A DNA stretch of 32,000 nucleotides from the NCBI RefSeq assembly GCF_000018465.1, contig NC_010085.1, forward strand, positions 930,001-962,000, given 5' to 3'. Positions 15,910 through 27,900 of this stretch are shown in pieces. How positions within the stretch are numbered: the stretch's first letter is position 1; each line of letters opens with the position of its first letter. A model generated the notes under the pieces. The model saw only the letters and a list, made by a program, of their open reading frames with translations, was not told the origin of the DNA and made no database searches. This DNA comes from Nitrosopumilus maritimus SCM1 (GTDB lineage Archaea; Thermoproteota; Nitrososphaeria; Nitrososphaerales; Nitrosopumilaceae). A program made the translations under genes and the position numbers.

Positions 15910-18900
15910 TTACTTTCTAAAGGATGTTGCAGATATCTGCTTGTCATCATAACTTACTGTCACAGTGTATATTCCCTTCATCCATTCTTCTGCATGGAAT
16001 ACTTGTGTGAGATGATCCATACCAGCAAGAGTTGTAGTGAGTTCGACAGGGGTGTTATCTGGTCTGATAATCACAACATCAAAGGTTTCATCTGAATCTA
16101 TGTTTTCAAATATTCCTTTGACTTCAATCATGATTGGTGCAGATTTACTATCATCAATAGTGTCAGAAGAGATAGATGCACATACATCAGTTGGACAGTC
16201 AAGTGCACTTATCAAACTCTCTGAGGAATGCAATCCTATTGCAAATACCAAGTCTACAACTTCAGTTCCTTCAAAGGATGCTTCAAGATGATATTCTCCT
16301 GGAATCCATGCATCATTAAGTATAGTCTGGAATTGATTTGTAGATGTAACAGTTGTTCTGAGTTCATCTACATCTCCATTTGGAAGTGTCAATTTGAGTT
16401 CAATTAGTTCTCCTTGTATTCCAGGCAAATTAACGGTACCAGATATTTCTAGCATGCTAGATGATTTTGTAATATCAGGTCTAGTAACTGTCAATGAACC
16501 GAGTTCGCTTTCATCTGTAAACTCATTGATTGTTTCAAGATAGTCGGAATCAAGTTCTATGACTTGAGTTGTTACATCTGCAATGAGATATTTTTCTTCT
16601 ACCTTCTTTGCAGGTTCTCCATCAAATGTTATTACATCTTCTTTATCAATCAGCTCAAATGTTTCAGTGGCAAAGTTAGTTCTTTCATCAGATACTGAAA
16701 CTGTGTATTTGCCAAATGGCCATTCAGATTGCTTTAATGGAAGAGAGTATGTTCCCTTTGAGCTAAGTTTGACGTTAAATTCTTGTACAGTTTCATCTGG
16801 GAATTCAACAGATACTTTCACAGAGGAATAACCAGAATTAACAGTTCCATCAATATGTAATGTGTCATCGTATTCGGACAAATCAGTATTAGTCAATATC
16901 AATTCTGGATCAAGTGTTCTGGCAAAGGTTTCAGCACTTTCCACGACAGTCTCTTGAGCAGTAAATGTTGGGATTATCTTACCAGCATCTGCTCTGAGGA
17001 AAGCAGTGGCTACAGATTTGGAAGATGTTCCAAAGGATATTACATAATTACCGTCATCTAGTTGGCCAGATTCATAAATCATAGTAAAGTCTCCAGCATT
17101 GTTTGAAGAGGTCTTGATGTTTTCTATGCTTCCATCTGGTTTAGTAATGTCTATCAATACAGCTTGACGTGTATCTACACCTTCAACAGTTCCAAATAGT
17201 TTGATAAAGCCATTTGTAGAAAGATCTGCACCAAGTAAACCGTCAGAGTTTGCAGAGACAATTTGTCTTGCAGTATGATGAGTTGGCATTGTAGGTCTTT
17301 CGTAGACTCTAGCATCAACAATAGGATCACCAGATACTTCTACCAATACTGTACCAGCATAATCTTCTTCTAGTAGATCATATGTTGTGTAATATCCAGA
17401 GTCTTCAATTATTGCAGAATAAGAACTGCCTTCAAAGATGAAGACACTCTTAAAGTTGTCATCAAATCCTCCAACTGGATCACCACTGATTATGGTTCTG
17501 ACTGCAGGATCAGTATTGGTCCATGTAATTTCATTATCACTTATGCCAACACGGAATGGCAAATAGCAGTATTCATCACAATCCTGTGCAGTTGATTCTA
17601 CCAAGTAGAAGGAAGAGTCACTAACAACAGAGGTTTTAATTTCTTCATCAAGTGTTGTTTCAGCAGGATCAATTACTTCTAATGCATTGTAAGCAACTAC
17701 CTCACCAATAGATCTATGGTTATTCCATGCATTGATGTTGATATTTGATGTCTCAAGTTCCTTTTCAAAGGTTAGATCAAACAATACCCATAGCAAATCA
17801 TCTTCAATTTGTGTAGATACATTAACACCACTCATCAATCCATGAGGATCAACTACTAGAACATCTTCCTTGCCGTCATGATCTTTACTCCACTCAATAT
17901 AGGTATCACTATGTTCAGTTTCATATTGTTCACCAAACATGTTAAGATACAGGCCAGTGTGTTGTACTGCTTCAGGGCCACCATAATTGAACACTCTAGC
18001 AGCAATCTGAGATGGTTTTCCAGCCTCAAGTGTGGTAGTAACAGGAGAGTTGCTATATTCTGGGAATGGGACATAGTTTCCAGTCTTTTGGTAAACTATC
18101 TTTCCTTCATTATCTATACTTGGAGAGCCAAATGAGTATAATGAAGCACCAGTGATTATTGGAGGTGCTGCAGCATTACCGCCAGCAGCTCCAGCAGTAG
18201 CAAGACCTGCAGAGCCAACTGCAAACTTGGAGAGAACTGTGTTTACACCATATGTTGAGAAGTGTTCAAGTGTTACAATGTATGCTGATTCTGTAAGAGT
18301 GTCACCTGCAGGATATCTATCAACAGTGATTCCATCAAAGACAGTATTGTTGTTATCATCGATAAAGTAAACTTGGACATCTGGTGCAATAATGTCATCA
18401 GTAGGATCTGCTGTTGCAGCAGTTGCAGAGTTTTCAGGAATTGTTGGGTGTGCAGAGCCCTCTACAGGTCCCATCAAAATTGTTAATTGAATTGTTTCAA
18501 ATGAGTGAATTTCTTCAGATGAGTTGCCCTCTCCAACTGCAACAGATTTACCAGTAGATGCAGGACTGTTACCTACAGAGTTTACAGCAACAACTCTGAA
18601 CTCATATGTGACATCATTTGTAAGACCAGTTACAGTTGCAGTAGTACTAGTACTAACACCATCAGCAAATGTTACAAATTGTCCGCTTCCAGCCTCACTG
18701 TATCTTACAAGATAATCAGTAATTGCAGAGCCTCCATCAGAAAGTGGTTTTGACCAACTTAATACTACTTGTCCATCTTGAGGATCTGTCACAAGTGAAC
18801 GTGGGGCAGTTGGAATAGTCGTTGGAGTAACGGACTTTACTGAAGATGCTGGACCTGGTCCAATTGTGTTTTCAGCGTATACTCTAATTTGGTATTCAGT

Positions 18901-21900
18901 ACCAAGGACAATGTTAGATGATTTTACAGTAGCAGAAGTTACTGCACTAGCATCACGTTTGAGAGTGTTCCATTTGCTTCCGCCATTATCACTCCATTGT
19001 ATCAAATAGTTGACGATTGGAGTTCCACCGTTACTTGTAGGAGCAACCCAGTCAATTACAATCTTCTTGCCTTCTGCTTCCAGAGTCAAGTTTCTAGGAG
19101 CACCAGGTACAGACAATGTTGTAGCAAAGATAGCGCCAGAGGCACTATTTGAATCTCCATCAGGTACAGCGTCAGTAAGTGTAATTACTCTATAAGAGTA
19201 CGTAGTTCCAGGAATAAGATTAGTATCAGACCAAGAATTGACAGTACCTAAAGTTCCAGATGGGGCATCACTCCATACAGAGTTTGTGGTAGGTTTGCCA
19301 ATTGTCTTTTGAATCTTGTAACCTGTTATTGTAGAGCCTCCGTTATCCAGAGGAGTCTTCCAAGATAGATTAATTTGGTTTTGTGATGGAGCAGTTATAG
19401 TCAATCCCCATGGTCTTTCTGGCACAGTTACTGGAATTTCACTAGATACAAGGGAGGGGTGTAAGAATCCAACTTCATTAACTGCAAATACTCTGAATTT
19501 GTAATTCTGTCCATTTGTAAGACCAGTTACATCTACAGTACGTTCAGTAATTGGTTCCTCGTTAAAGGTCTTCCAGAAGTTAGTGTCAATTGCATAGTGT
19601 ACGACATAACCAGTAATTATAGAGCCACCGTTATCAGCAGTAATTCCACCATCAGTAGATGGAATATCCCATGCAAGTGTAACCTGAGCATTACCAGGAG
19701 TTGTTTGTAGATTTCGTGGAGGTCCTGGAACATCTAGTGGAGTTGCACTTGCAACATCAGATGCAGTGCCAGTTCCCTTTGCGTTGATTGCAGAGATACG
19801 GTAATAGTAGGTTTGACCGTTTTCTAGAGAGTTATCAGTATAATCAGTACATTGGCAAGTGGTAGTTTCTAGTACAGTCCAGGTATTGTTGTCTGTACTT
19901 TGTTCAATCTTGTATCCAGAAATATCTGCACCTCCATCACTATCAGGTGCACTCCATGTCAACTCTACCTTACCTGCACTTGCTGTTGCAACAACAGATG
20001 TAACTTGTCCAGGTACAGAAGCATCTGTTTCCACATCTTCAACAAAGTCTAACTCGAATTTGAGATACATCTTTGCTTCTTGTGTAACTCCAGTTGGAGC
20101 ATCCTTTGTGAATGTTGAAGTCATGGCAATTTCACTTAGAGTATTCTTTGGTTTGATCTTAAGACCAGCCAGTTTGCCACCATTTTCTAATGTGTCTTCA
20201 GCATTGTGTGGCAAGAATACATCTTGGCCAGAAGGTATCTCTTGGATATTATATGCTGCTGTTGCACCTGCAACAGAGGGTTTTGCTTGAACAATTGAAG
20301 ACGTCAAACCTGCGCCAAATTCATTGACAGCTGAAACTCTGAATTGGTAAATCTTGCTATTTGTAAGAGAGTCAACAGTTGCTTGTGGTTTTATACGCTC
20401 AGCATCAGCATATACAGACCAATTAGTATCTGTTGCTAGCTTGTATTCTATCTTGTAATCAGTAATTGGGCTTCCTCCATCATTTACTGGTGCAGTCCAT
20501 GAAAGACGAACTTTTTTCTTCTTTGCATCAGCTTCAAGGTCAAGTGGGGCACTTGGTAGACCATATGTTGTTCCACGGACAATTTGAGATGGGTCACTAG
20601 TACCAGCAGCAGTGATTGTAGATACACGGTATGAGTATGAAGTGTTATCATTAAGTCCTGAATCAGTATAGATAGTCTCATCAGAGTCAGTATTTTCTAC
20701 AATTGTAGTAAACTCTGCACCAGTAGAACGTCGTTCTATCTCATATCCTAGAACAGGTAATCCTGAGGTGTCCTCTGGATCAATCCAGGTTAAGGTAAGC
20801 TGTCCTCTATCAGCAAATACCTGTAGTGATGTTGGTTCATCTGGAAGGTCCAGAGTAGTTGTTGACACTTCACCTGAAAAGTCTCCAACTACAGGTTCAC
20901 CACTAGGTAGCAAAGTAATTGCAGCTATTCTGTAAGAGTAATCAGTTCCTGAAAATAGTGAAGTGTCTACAAAACTAGTCAAAGCACTTCCAGTATCATC
21001 TACATATGGATTAAAGAATCCTGAAGAGATACTTCTCTCAATTACATATCCAGATATTTCAGTTGCACCTCCAATGTCTTCAGGGGCATTCCATGTTATT
21101 GTGATGGAATCCAATGCAGGAGTTGCAGAAAGACCAGTAGGTCTGGAAGATTGGGTTGCAGGAACATCACTTGCAGTTTTTGATGGTAGGCCTACACCTG
21201 CAATGTTTTCAGCAGAAACTCTGAATTTGTATTCCTGTCCATTTGTAAGACCTGTTACTGTAGCAGTTGGGTCAGCACTTGTTCCATCATCAAACACATT
21301 CCAATTTGCACCATTATCAGAGGAATATTCAATTACATAGTTAGTGATTTCTTCACCACCATTATTTACTGGAGCACTCCACAACAGGGTTACTTGGCTG
21401 TCACCAAATTGGGTGGTAAGATCAAATGGCTTACCAGGTATAGTAAATGCACTTACAGGTATTGGAGAAGTTGAGTTACTGATACCGCCAGCATTTGCAG
21501 CAGATACACGAATCAAGTAGACTTTACCATTTACCATGCCATCTTTAGAGAAGGATGGAACGTTATCGTCCTTTTCTTCAACAATTAACCATTCTTCTCC
21601 ATCATTAAGAGAGAATTCTAGTAGATATCTATCAACAGTTCCTGTTGATTCATCCCATGTAATGTCAACTCGTCTATCACTACCAATGTAGGAGAGGTTT
21701 GTTGGAGTACCAGGTGGATCTGGCAACACAATCTCCTCAAAGGTTTCATCACCTTCAACTTCTATGATAGCACCAGGAACAGCCCAAATCTGACCAGATT
21801 TTAGTTCTTTTGGAACTTGATATTTAGTAAGTCCGAATTTCTCTGCAAGATCTTTTGGTTTGTCAAGTTCTGCATCAGTTACATTAGTGTTAAAGACCTG

Positions 21901-24900
21901 ATTCTGATTGAAAGTACGATCAAAGAAGCTAAACTTGTCAGCATCTACCAAGCTGGAAGATGGTGGAATAAAGTTTCCTTCCTGTAATCCAAGGCCGAGT
22001 TGTTTTTGGATTGTTTCCTCATCTGGAATATCTGGATTTTCTACAAATATAGAGTCCTCTTCCTCATCTGTTTCTGCGTGTGGGACGACTACTACAGTGT
22101 TTGTAGAACGTGCAGGACCGGCTTCGTTAACTGGTGCAATTTCAAATACATACTTTTTATCATTTTCAAGTCCAGTAATAACTAGACTAGTGATACCTTG
22201 TAGTTTGTTTATCTCCTCTTCGGTCAAACCTAACTCATCAAAGTCAACGAAATCAAATTCATCAAAGTCAATGTCCTCTAATCCATCTATATCATCCATC
22301 GTCAAGTCATCGAAACCGTAGATGATTTGGTTCTGATTAAATTGTTCGAGAACTACTGAGGTACCAGATACTACTTGACGTTGTACTTGGTAACCAGTAA
22401 TTGGAGAACCGTTATCAGCTGCAGGAGTATTCCATCTCAATTCTGCTGCTGCATCAAATGGTGTTCCGATTATGGTGTCCTGGAATACAGGTCTATCAAA
22501 CATTGGAATACATGCACCGCCAGCATTTGCAGCAGAATTAGAGCCACCACCATTTACCAAACATACAGGATCAGTTGGAATACTAGAGCCGACAGTTGTG
22601 ATTGCACGTACTCTAAAGTAATAGTATAATCCATTTTCAAGATCATCTAATTCAACTGAAGTAGATTCAGTAATTACGTTGGTCTTGCTTGTAAAGTCAG
22701 CAATCTCTGGTGGAACAAAGAATGGACTTGTAGTATATTCTAATACATAGTGAGAGATTGGTGAGCCACCATCACTTGGTGGGTTAAACCAGATAGCTAA
22801 AACATCTGGGTCACCACGAGTAGCAGACAAACCAGTTGGAGCATCAGGTGCTGTAGCTGGTGTTGCGATTGCAGAGTCAGATGGAGGTCCTTGTCCTGCC
22901 AAGTTTTCAGCAGAAACTCTGAATGTAAATGAATTACCTATACCTAAACCAGTGATAGTAGTACTTGTTTCACTGGCAGAAACAGTTGCAGTTAGAGTAT
23001 TTGCAACAGTAAATATGCCATCAGTAGCATCAGTATATTCTACAACGTATTGTGTGATTGAACGGCCGTTATCATTAGGTACACCCCAGCTTAACTTTGC
23101 CTCTCCAGGTCCACGATTTGCAGTTAGATTAGATGGTGCATCAGGTACGGTATATGGTGTAGCAGTTACAGTAACAGATGGCAAACTAGTATCAATTACA
23201 GTTACTGCAATAACACGGAAAGTGTACTCTTGGTCATTTGTAAGTCCGGTTACATCTACAGATGTTTGAGGTGGTTCAGTTGAAGTACCAAATACAGATA
23301 TTTCTGGAGTTGTCTCATCAAATGTACCATCAGTGCTGTATTGAATTCTATATTCTGTTATTAATGAGCCACCATCGTTTGGTGCAGACCAAGACAAATC
23401 AACATGAGCATTTCCTGGAGTTGCAGATGGGCTAAGAGGTGCACCAGGGGCATCCAAAGTAGTTACTGAGGTTCTGCTTGATGGGTCACTTTGTACAGTA
23501 TCAGCACCCTCTAAGGAGAGTAATGCAGATACTTGGTACTTGTAAGTAGTACCAGGTAGTAATCCAGTATCAGTAAAGTCTAGTTTTGTTGGATCATTAA
23601 TTGTAAATGTTTCAAGTACATTGCCATTGGCGTCTAATCTTTCAAGTACAAATCCTTCTAGGGTTCTGTCACCCAATTCTTGTGGAGGACTCCAAGATAC
23701 AAAGACTTCGGTGTCAGAGATTGCATCAGCAAATAGACCTACAGGAGAAGATGAACCAAGAGATGGTACTCCAATTACAGGTCCGGCAGGTCCACTAGAA
23801 CCAACACCGTTAATTGCAGTTACTTGAACATGAATTGGCACGTCATTTTCAAGACCAGAGATAGTAACCATGAGGTTGGTTAGATCAGTTACTGTAACAG
23901 ATGGGGTACTGGCATCAAATGTGCCATCGGTGCTGTACTGCACAAGGTAAGATGTAATTGCAGAGCCACCGTTGTTAGTTGGTTTTGTCCAAGTTACATC
24001 AAGCTTTGTATCACCTGGGATTACAACTAGTTTCTTTGGTGGTGTTGGAATAGTGGCAGGTTTTCCAGGAACTACATCAGATGCTGGACCTGGATTTACA
24101 GAGTTTATTGCAGTAACACGGAACTCATATGTAACACCATTTGTAAGATTTGGAATTACTATTCCTTGAGTTGTTGTACTGACTCCATCATCATATACAT
24201 CCCAATCCTGACCAGCAATTCTAATTTCAATCTTGTAATCGGTAATTGAATCACCGCCATTTGATTCTGGAACATTCCAAGATAATGTTGCCTGGTTATT
24301 GCCAGCTATGACAACTAGGTCTCTAGGTGCAGTTGGGGTAGTAGCTGGAGTTGCAGATACAGTATCACTTGCTGGTCCAAAGTCAGTTATAGCAGTGTTC
24401 TTTGCAGTAATTCTAAATTGGTATTGATCACCATTAGTTAGACCATCAACAGTTACGCTGGTCTGGGTTGCTGGCAAATCATCACCAAACTTTATCCAGG
24501 TAGACTGTCCAGGTGGGAGATATTCTACCATGTAGGCAGATAGTGGAGCGCCACCCAAGTCTTCTGGAACATTCCAAGTTAGATGTACTGAAGTATTATC
24601 TCGTGTTGCCTCCAAGTCACGTGGGGCAGAAGGCAAGGTAGCTGGAGTTGTTGCTCTGAATTCAGATGGCTCACCAATTCCGGCTATGTTGACACCAGAT
24701 ATTCTAAAGAAGTATTGGAATCCGTTAATCAAGTCAGTAACAGTTACAGCAGTTGAATTTGCGGGAGTTACGTTATCTGGGAATACAATCCATTCTGAAG
24801 TATCAAGACTGTACTCAACAATGTAATCATCTATCTCATCACCACCATCATCAGTTGGAACTGCCCATTCAAGGGATACTAGTTGGTTAGCAAAGTCTAA

Positions 24901-27900
24901 CTGAAGTGCATCAGGTGCACCAGGAGTGGTTGCAGGCTTTGCAGATGCAGTTGCAGGATCACTTTGACCCACTTCATTGACTGCAATGACTCTAAAGTCA
25001 TACACTTCACCATTTGTCAAATCAGTAACAGTAACAGTAGTTGATGTGTCAGAGCCATCTGCAAATGTGGTAAATGGTGTATCTTCAGAAGCACTTTGCA
25101 ATCTGTATTGTATTACAAAGTCATCTACAGATTCACCACCATTATCAGATGGAATTGAAAATGTCAAAGTTACAAGTGCATTACCGAATTGAGCACTAAG
25201 TGGAGTTGGAGCTCCAGGAATAGTTGCAGGAGTAAATGTAACTACATTAGATGATGCACTGTATCCAATACTGGTTTTTGCAAATATTCTAAAGTCATAT
25301 GCTACACCATTTGCTAATCCCTCTATAGTGTGACTTACAGCATCAGCAGATACGGTAATTGATGTAACAGATGAATTTCCATTACCATCGTCATCATCGT
25401 CGTCATCATCGTCGTCATCATCGTCATTTGTTCTTACAATTGGAGTATCTGAAGTAAATTCATCAGCAGTGTATTCAATTACAAATTCTTGAATTGCAAA
25501 TCCGCCGGTATCTCCTTGCGTCCATGTTAGAGTGACTTCAGTGTTTCCGCGACTTCCATCAAGCACTGGTGCATCTGGTAATGCAAATGGGGTTGCAGTT
25601 ACTGGGGCAGTTGGGTCACTAGAACCTGCATCAGTAATTGCAGTTATTCTAAATGAGTACTCCTGTCCGTTTTGCAAGTCATCAACATTGTATACCAAGT
25701 TAGAGGTAGTTGGAGCAGGATCTTCAATTAATGTGGTAAATCCATCAGTAGAAGTTTCAATGCGATATACTAGGTTGTTTCCACCGTTTGCATCAGATGC
25801 AAGCCATGTAAGATTGACTAGCTCATCATCAGCAATTACTGTACTAATTACTGGTGTGGATGGATCTCCTGCTGGAACTGCTGCAGAATCAGCAGTTACT
25901 GCAGAGTAATCTCCTGCAGCAATTTCGTTTACTGCTTGTACTCTGAATGTATATTCAACACCGTTTGTAAGACCAGTCACAGTTGTAAATCTGTCAGTGC
26001 TTTCTTCTGGTTCAACGAATGGTGTATAGATAAGGTTCAATTCAGCTGATGCATATTCAACTAGGTAATCACGTATTGCAGAACCGCCATCATCTGCTGG
26101 AAGATCCCATGTTAATGAAACTTCGGTGTCACCTCTAGTAGCAACTACATTGAGTGGAGCACTTGGGGTGGTTGCAGGAATTCCTGTTGCAACATCAGAA
26201 GGCAAACTTGTGCCAACAGTAGAAATTGCATATACTCTAAACTCGTATTCTTCACCGTTTTCAAGTCCAATGACTGTTACATCAAGGGCGCCATCAGCTG
26301 GAGGTACTGGGGATAATTGCCATGTATTATCAGTGGTTAGTTTGTATTCTACAGTGTAAGAGGTTACTGGAGAGCCGCCGTTATCTGTTGGAGCGGTCCA
26401 AACAATTTCAAGTTCATTATTACCTACATTAACTTCAGTAATTGTTGGTTTGTCAGGTACGTTGAATGTGGTATCACTTGCAGGTTGTGATGAAGAGCCA
26501 GTACCAGCACCAGTTATTGCAGATATTCTGTATGTGTAGGTGGTACCAAGTTCTAATCCAGTATCATTGAATGTTGTATCATCAGTAGATGGAGGTACAG
26601 AAACAGAAGTTGTTGTAACAGTTGCAAAGTTTCCATCACCATCATGTCTTTCAATTAGATAACCAGTAATTCCTAGACCGCCAGTGTTTACTGGTGCAAG
26701 CCATGTAAGATCAATTTCAGTACCAGAGATTGCTTCTGCTTCAAGGTCTGTTGGAACATCAGGTTTTGCTGCAGGGATTACAGTTTCAGGTGCAGAGTCA
26801 GGACCAGAACCAACATCGTTTCTAGCAGAGATGGTAAAGGTGTAAGAGACACCATTGTCAAGTCCATCAATTAGTCGGGTAAATGGAGTGTTTGGAACAA
26901 CTAGAGTGTCAGTTCCAAGAGATGAAGTGATTGTAATAGTGTAATCAAGTACATCAGAACCGCCATCTTCTGTTGGTCCGGTCCAAGTTAGTGTGACTTG
27001 TCCATCACCAAATGTTGCAGAGGTAATTGTTGGGGCATCTGGGAATGTGGCTGGAGTTGCAGTGACTATATCAGATGGATCACTTTGTCCAACAGAGTTG
27101 ATTGCTATAATTCTAAATGAGTATTCTTCGCCATTCTCTAGTCCATCAATGGTTGTAGATAGTTCAGTAAGGTCAGCTGTTGCCAAAGTTACAGATGGAG
27201 TAGTGTTATCAAATGTACCATCATCAGAGTATTGTACCAAGTATGCAGTTATTGCCGCACCGTTGTTTGCAGGTTCAGTCCATGAAAGGTCTACCTGAGT
27301 ATTGCCGCGGTCTGCAGAGGTAATTTCGGGTTTATCTGGAACATCAAATGTGGTGTCACTGTCAGTACCAGATGCAATACCTGGTCCAAGTTGAGTTACT
27401 GCAGATACTCTGTATGTGTATGTGGTTCCTTGGGATAGTCCGGTGTCAGTAAATGTAGTGTCAGTTGGTAGTGGAGGTAAGGATACAGATAGGGTTGTAA
27501 CGTCATCAAAGTTACCATCACCATCATGACGTTCTATCAAGTAACCAGTGATTGCAAATCCACCAGTATTTTGTGGAGCAATCCATGAGAGTGTAATTTC
27601 AGTACCAGAGATTGCAGTAGCTGAAAGTGCGGTTGGGGCATTTGAAGCAGTTGCAGGAGTTGCAGTTGCAACATCAGATACATCACCAACACCTACATCG
27701 TTTTCAGCAGATACTCTAAACTCATAAGTTTGTCCGTTTGTAAGACCAGTGATTATTGCAGATAAGTTAGTGTTAACGCCACCAAGGCCTTCATCAAATG
27801 TTTGCCATGAAGCTTCTGGTGTTTGGGATGCAAGTCTAAACTCTAAGATATAATCAAAGATGTCTTCTCCACCAGAAATTTCTGGTTCTAACCATGTAAG

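Noticed and set aside
25381-25430. Microsatellite as a frameshifting phase-variation switch
   Set aside because: The repeat unit is a multiple of 3 nt, so length changes would not turn the gene on or off.
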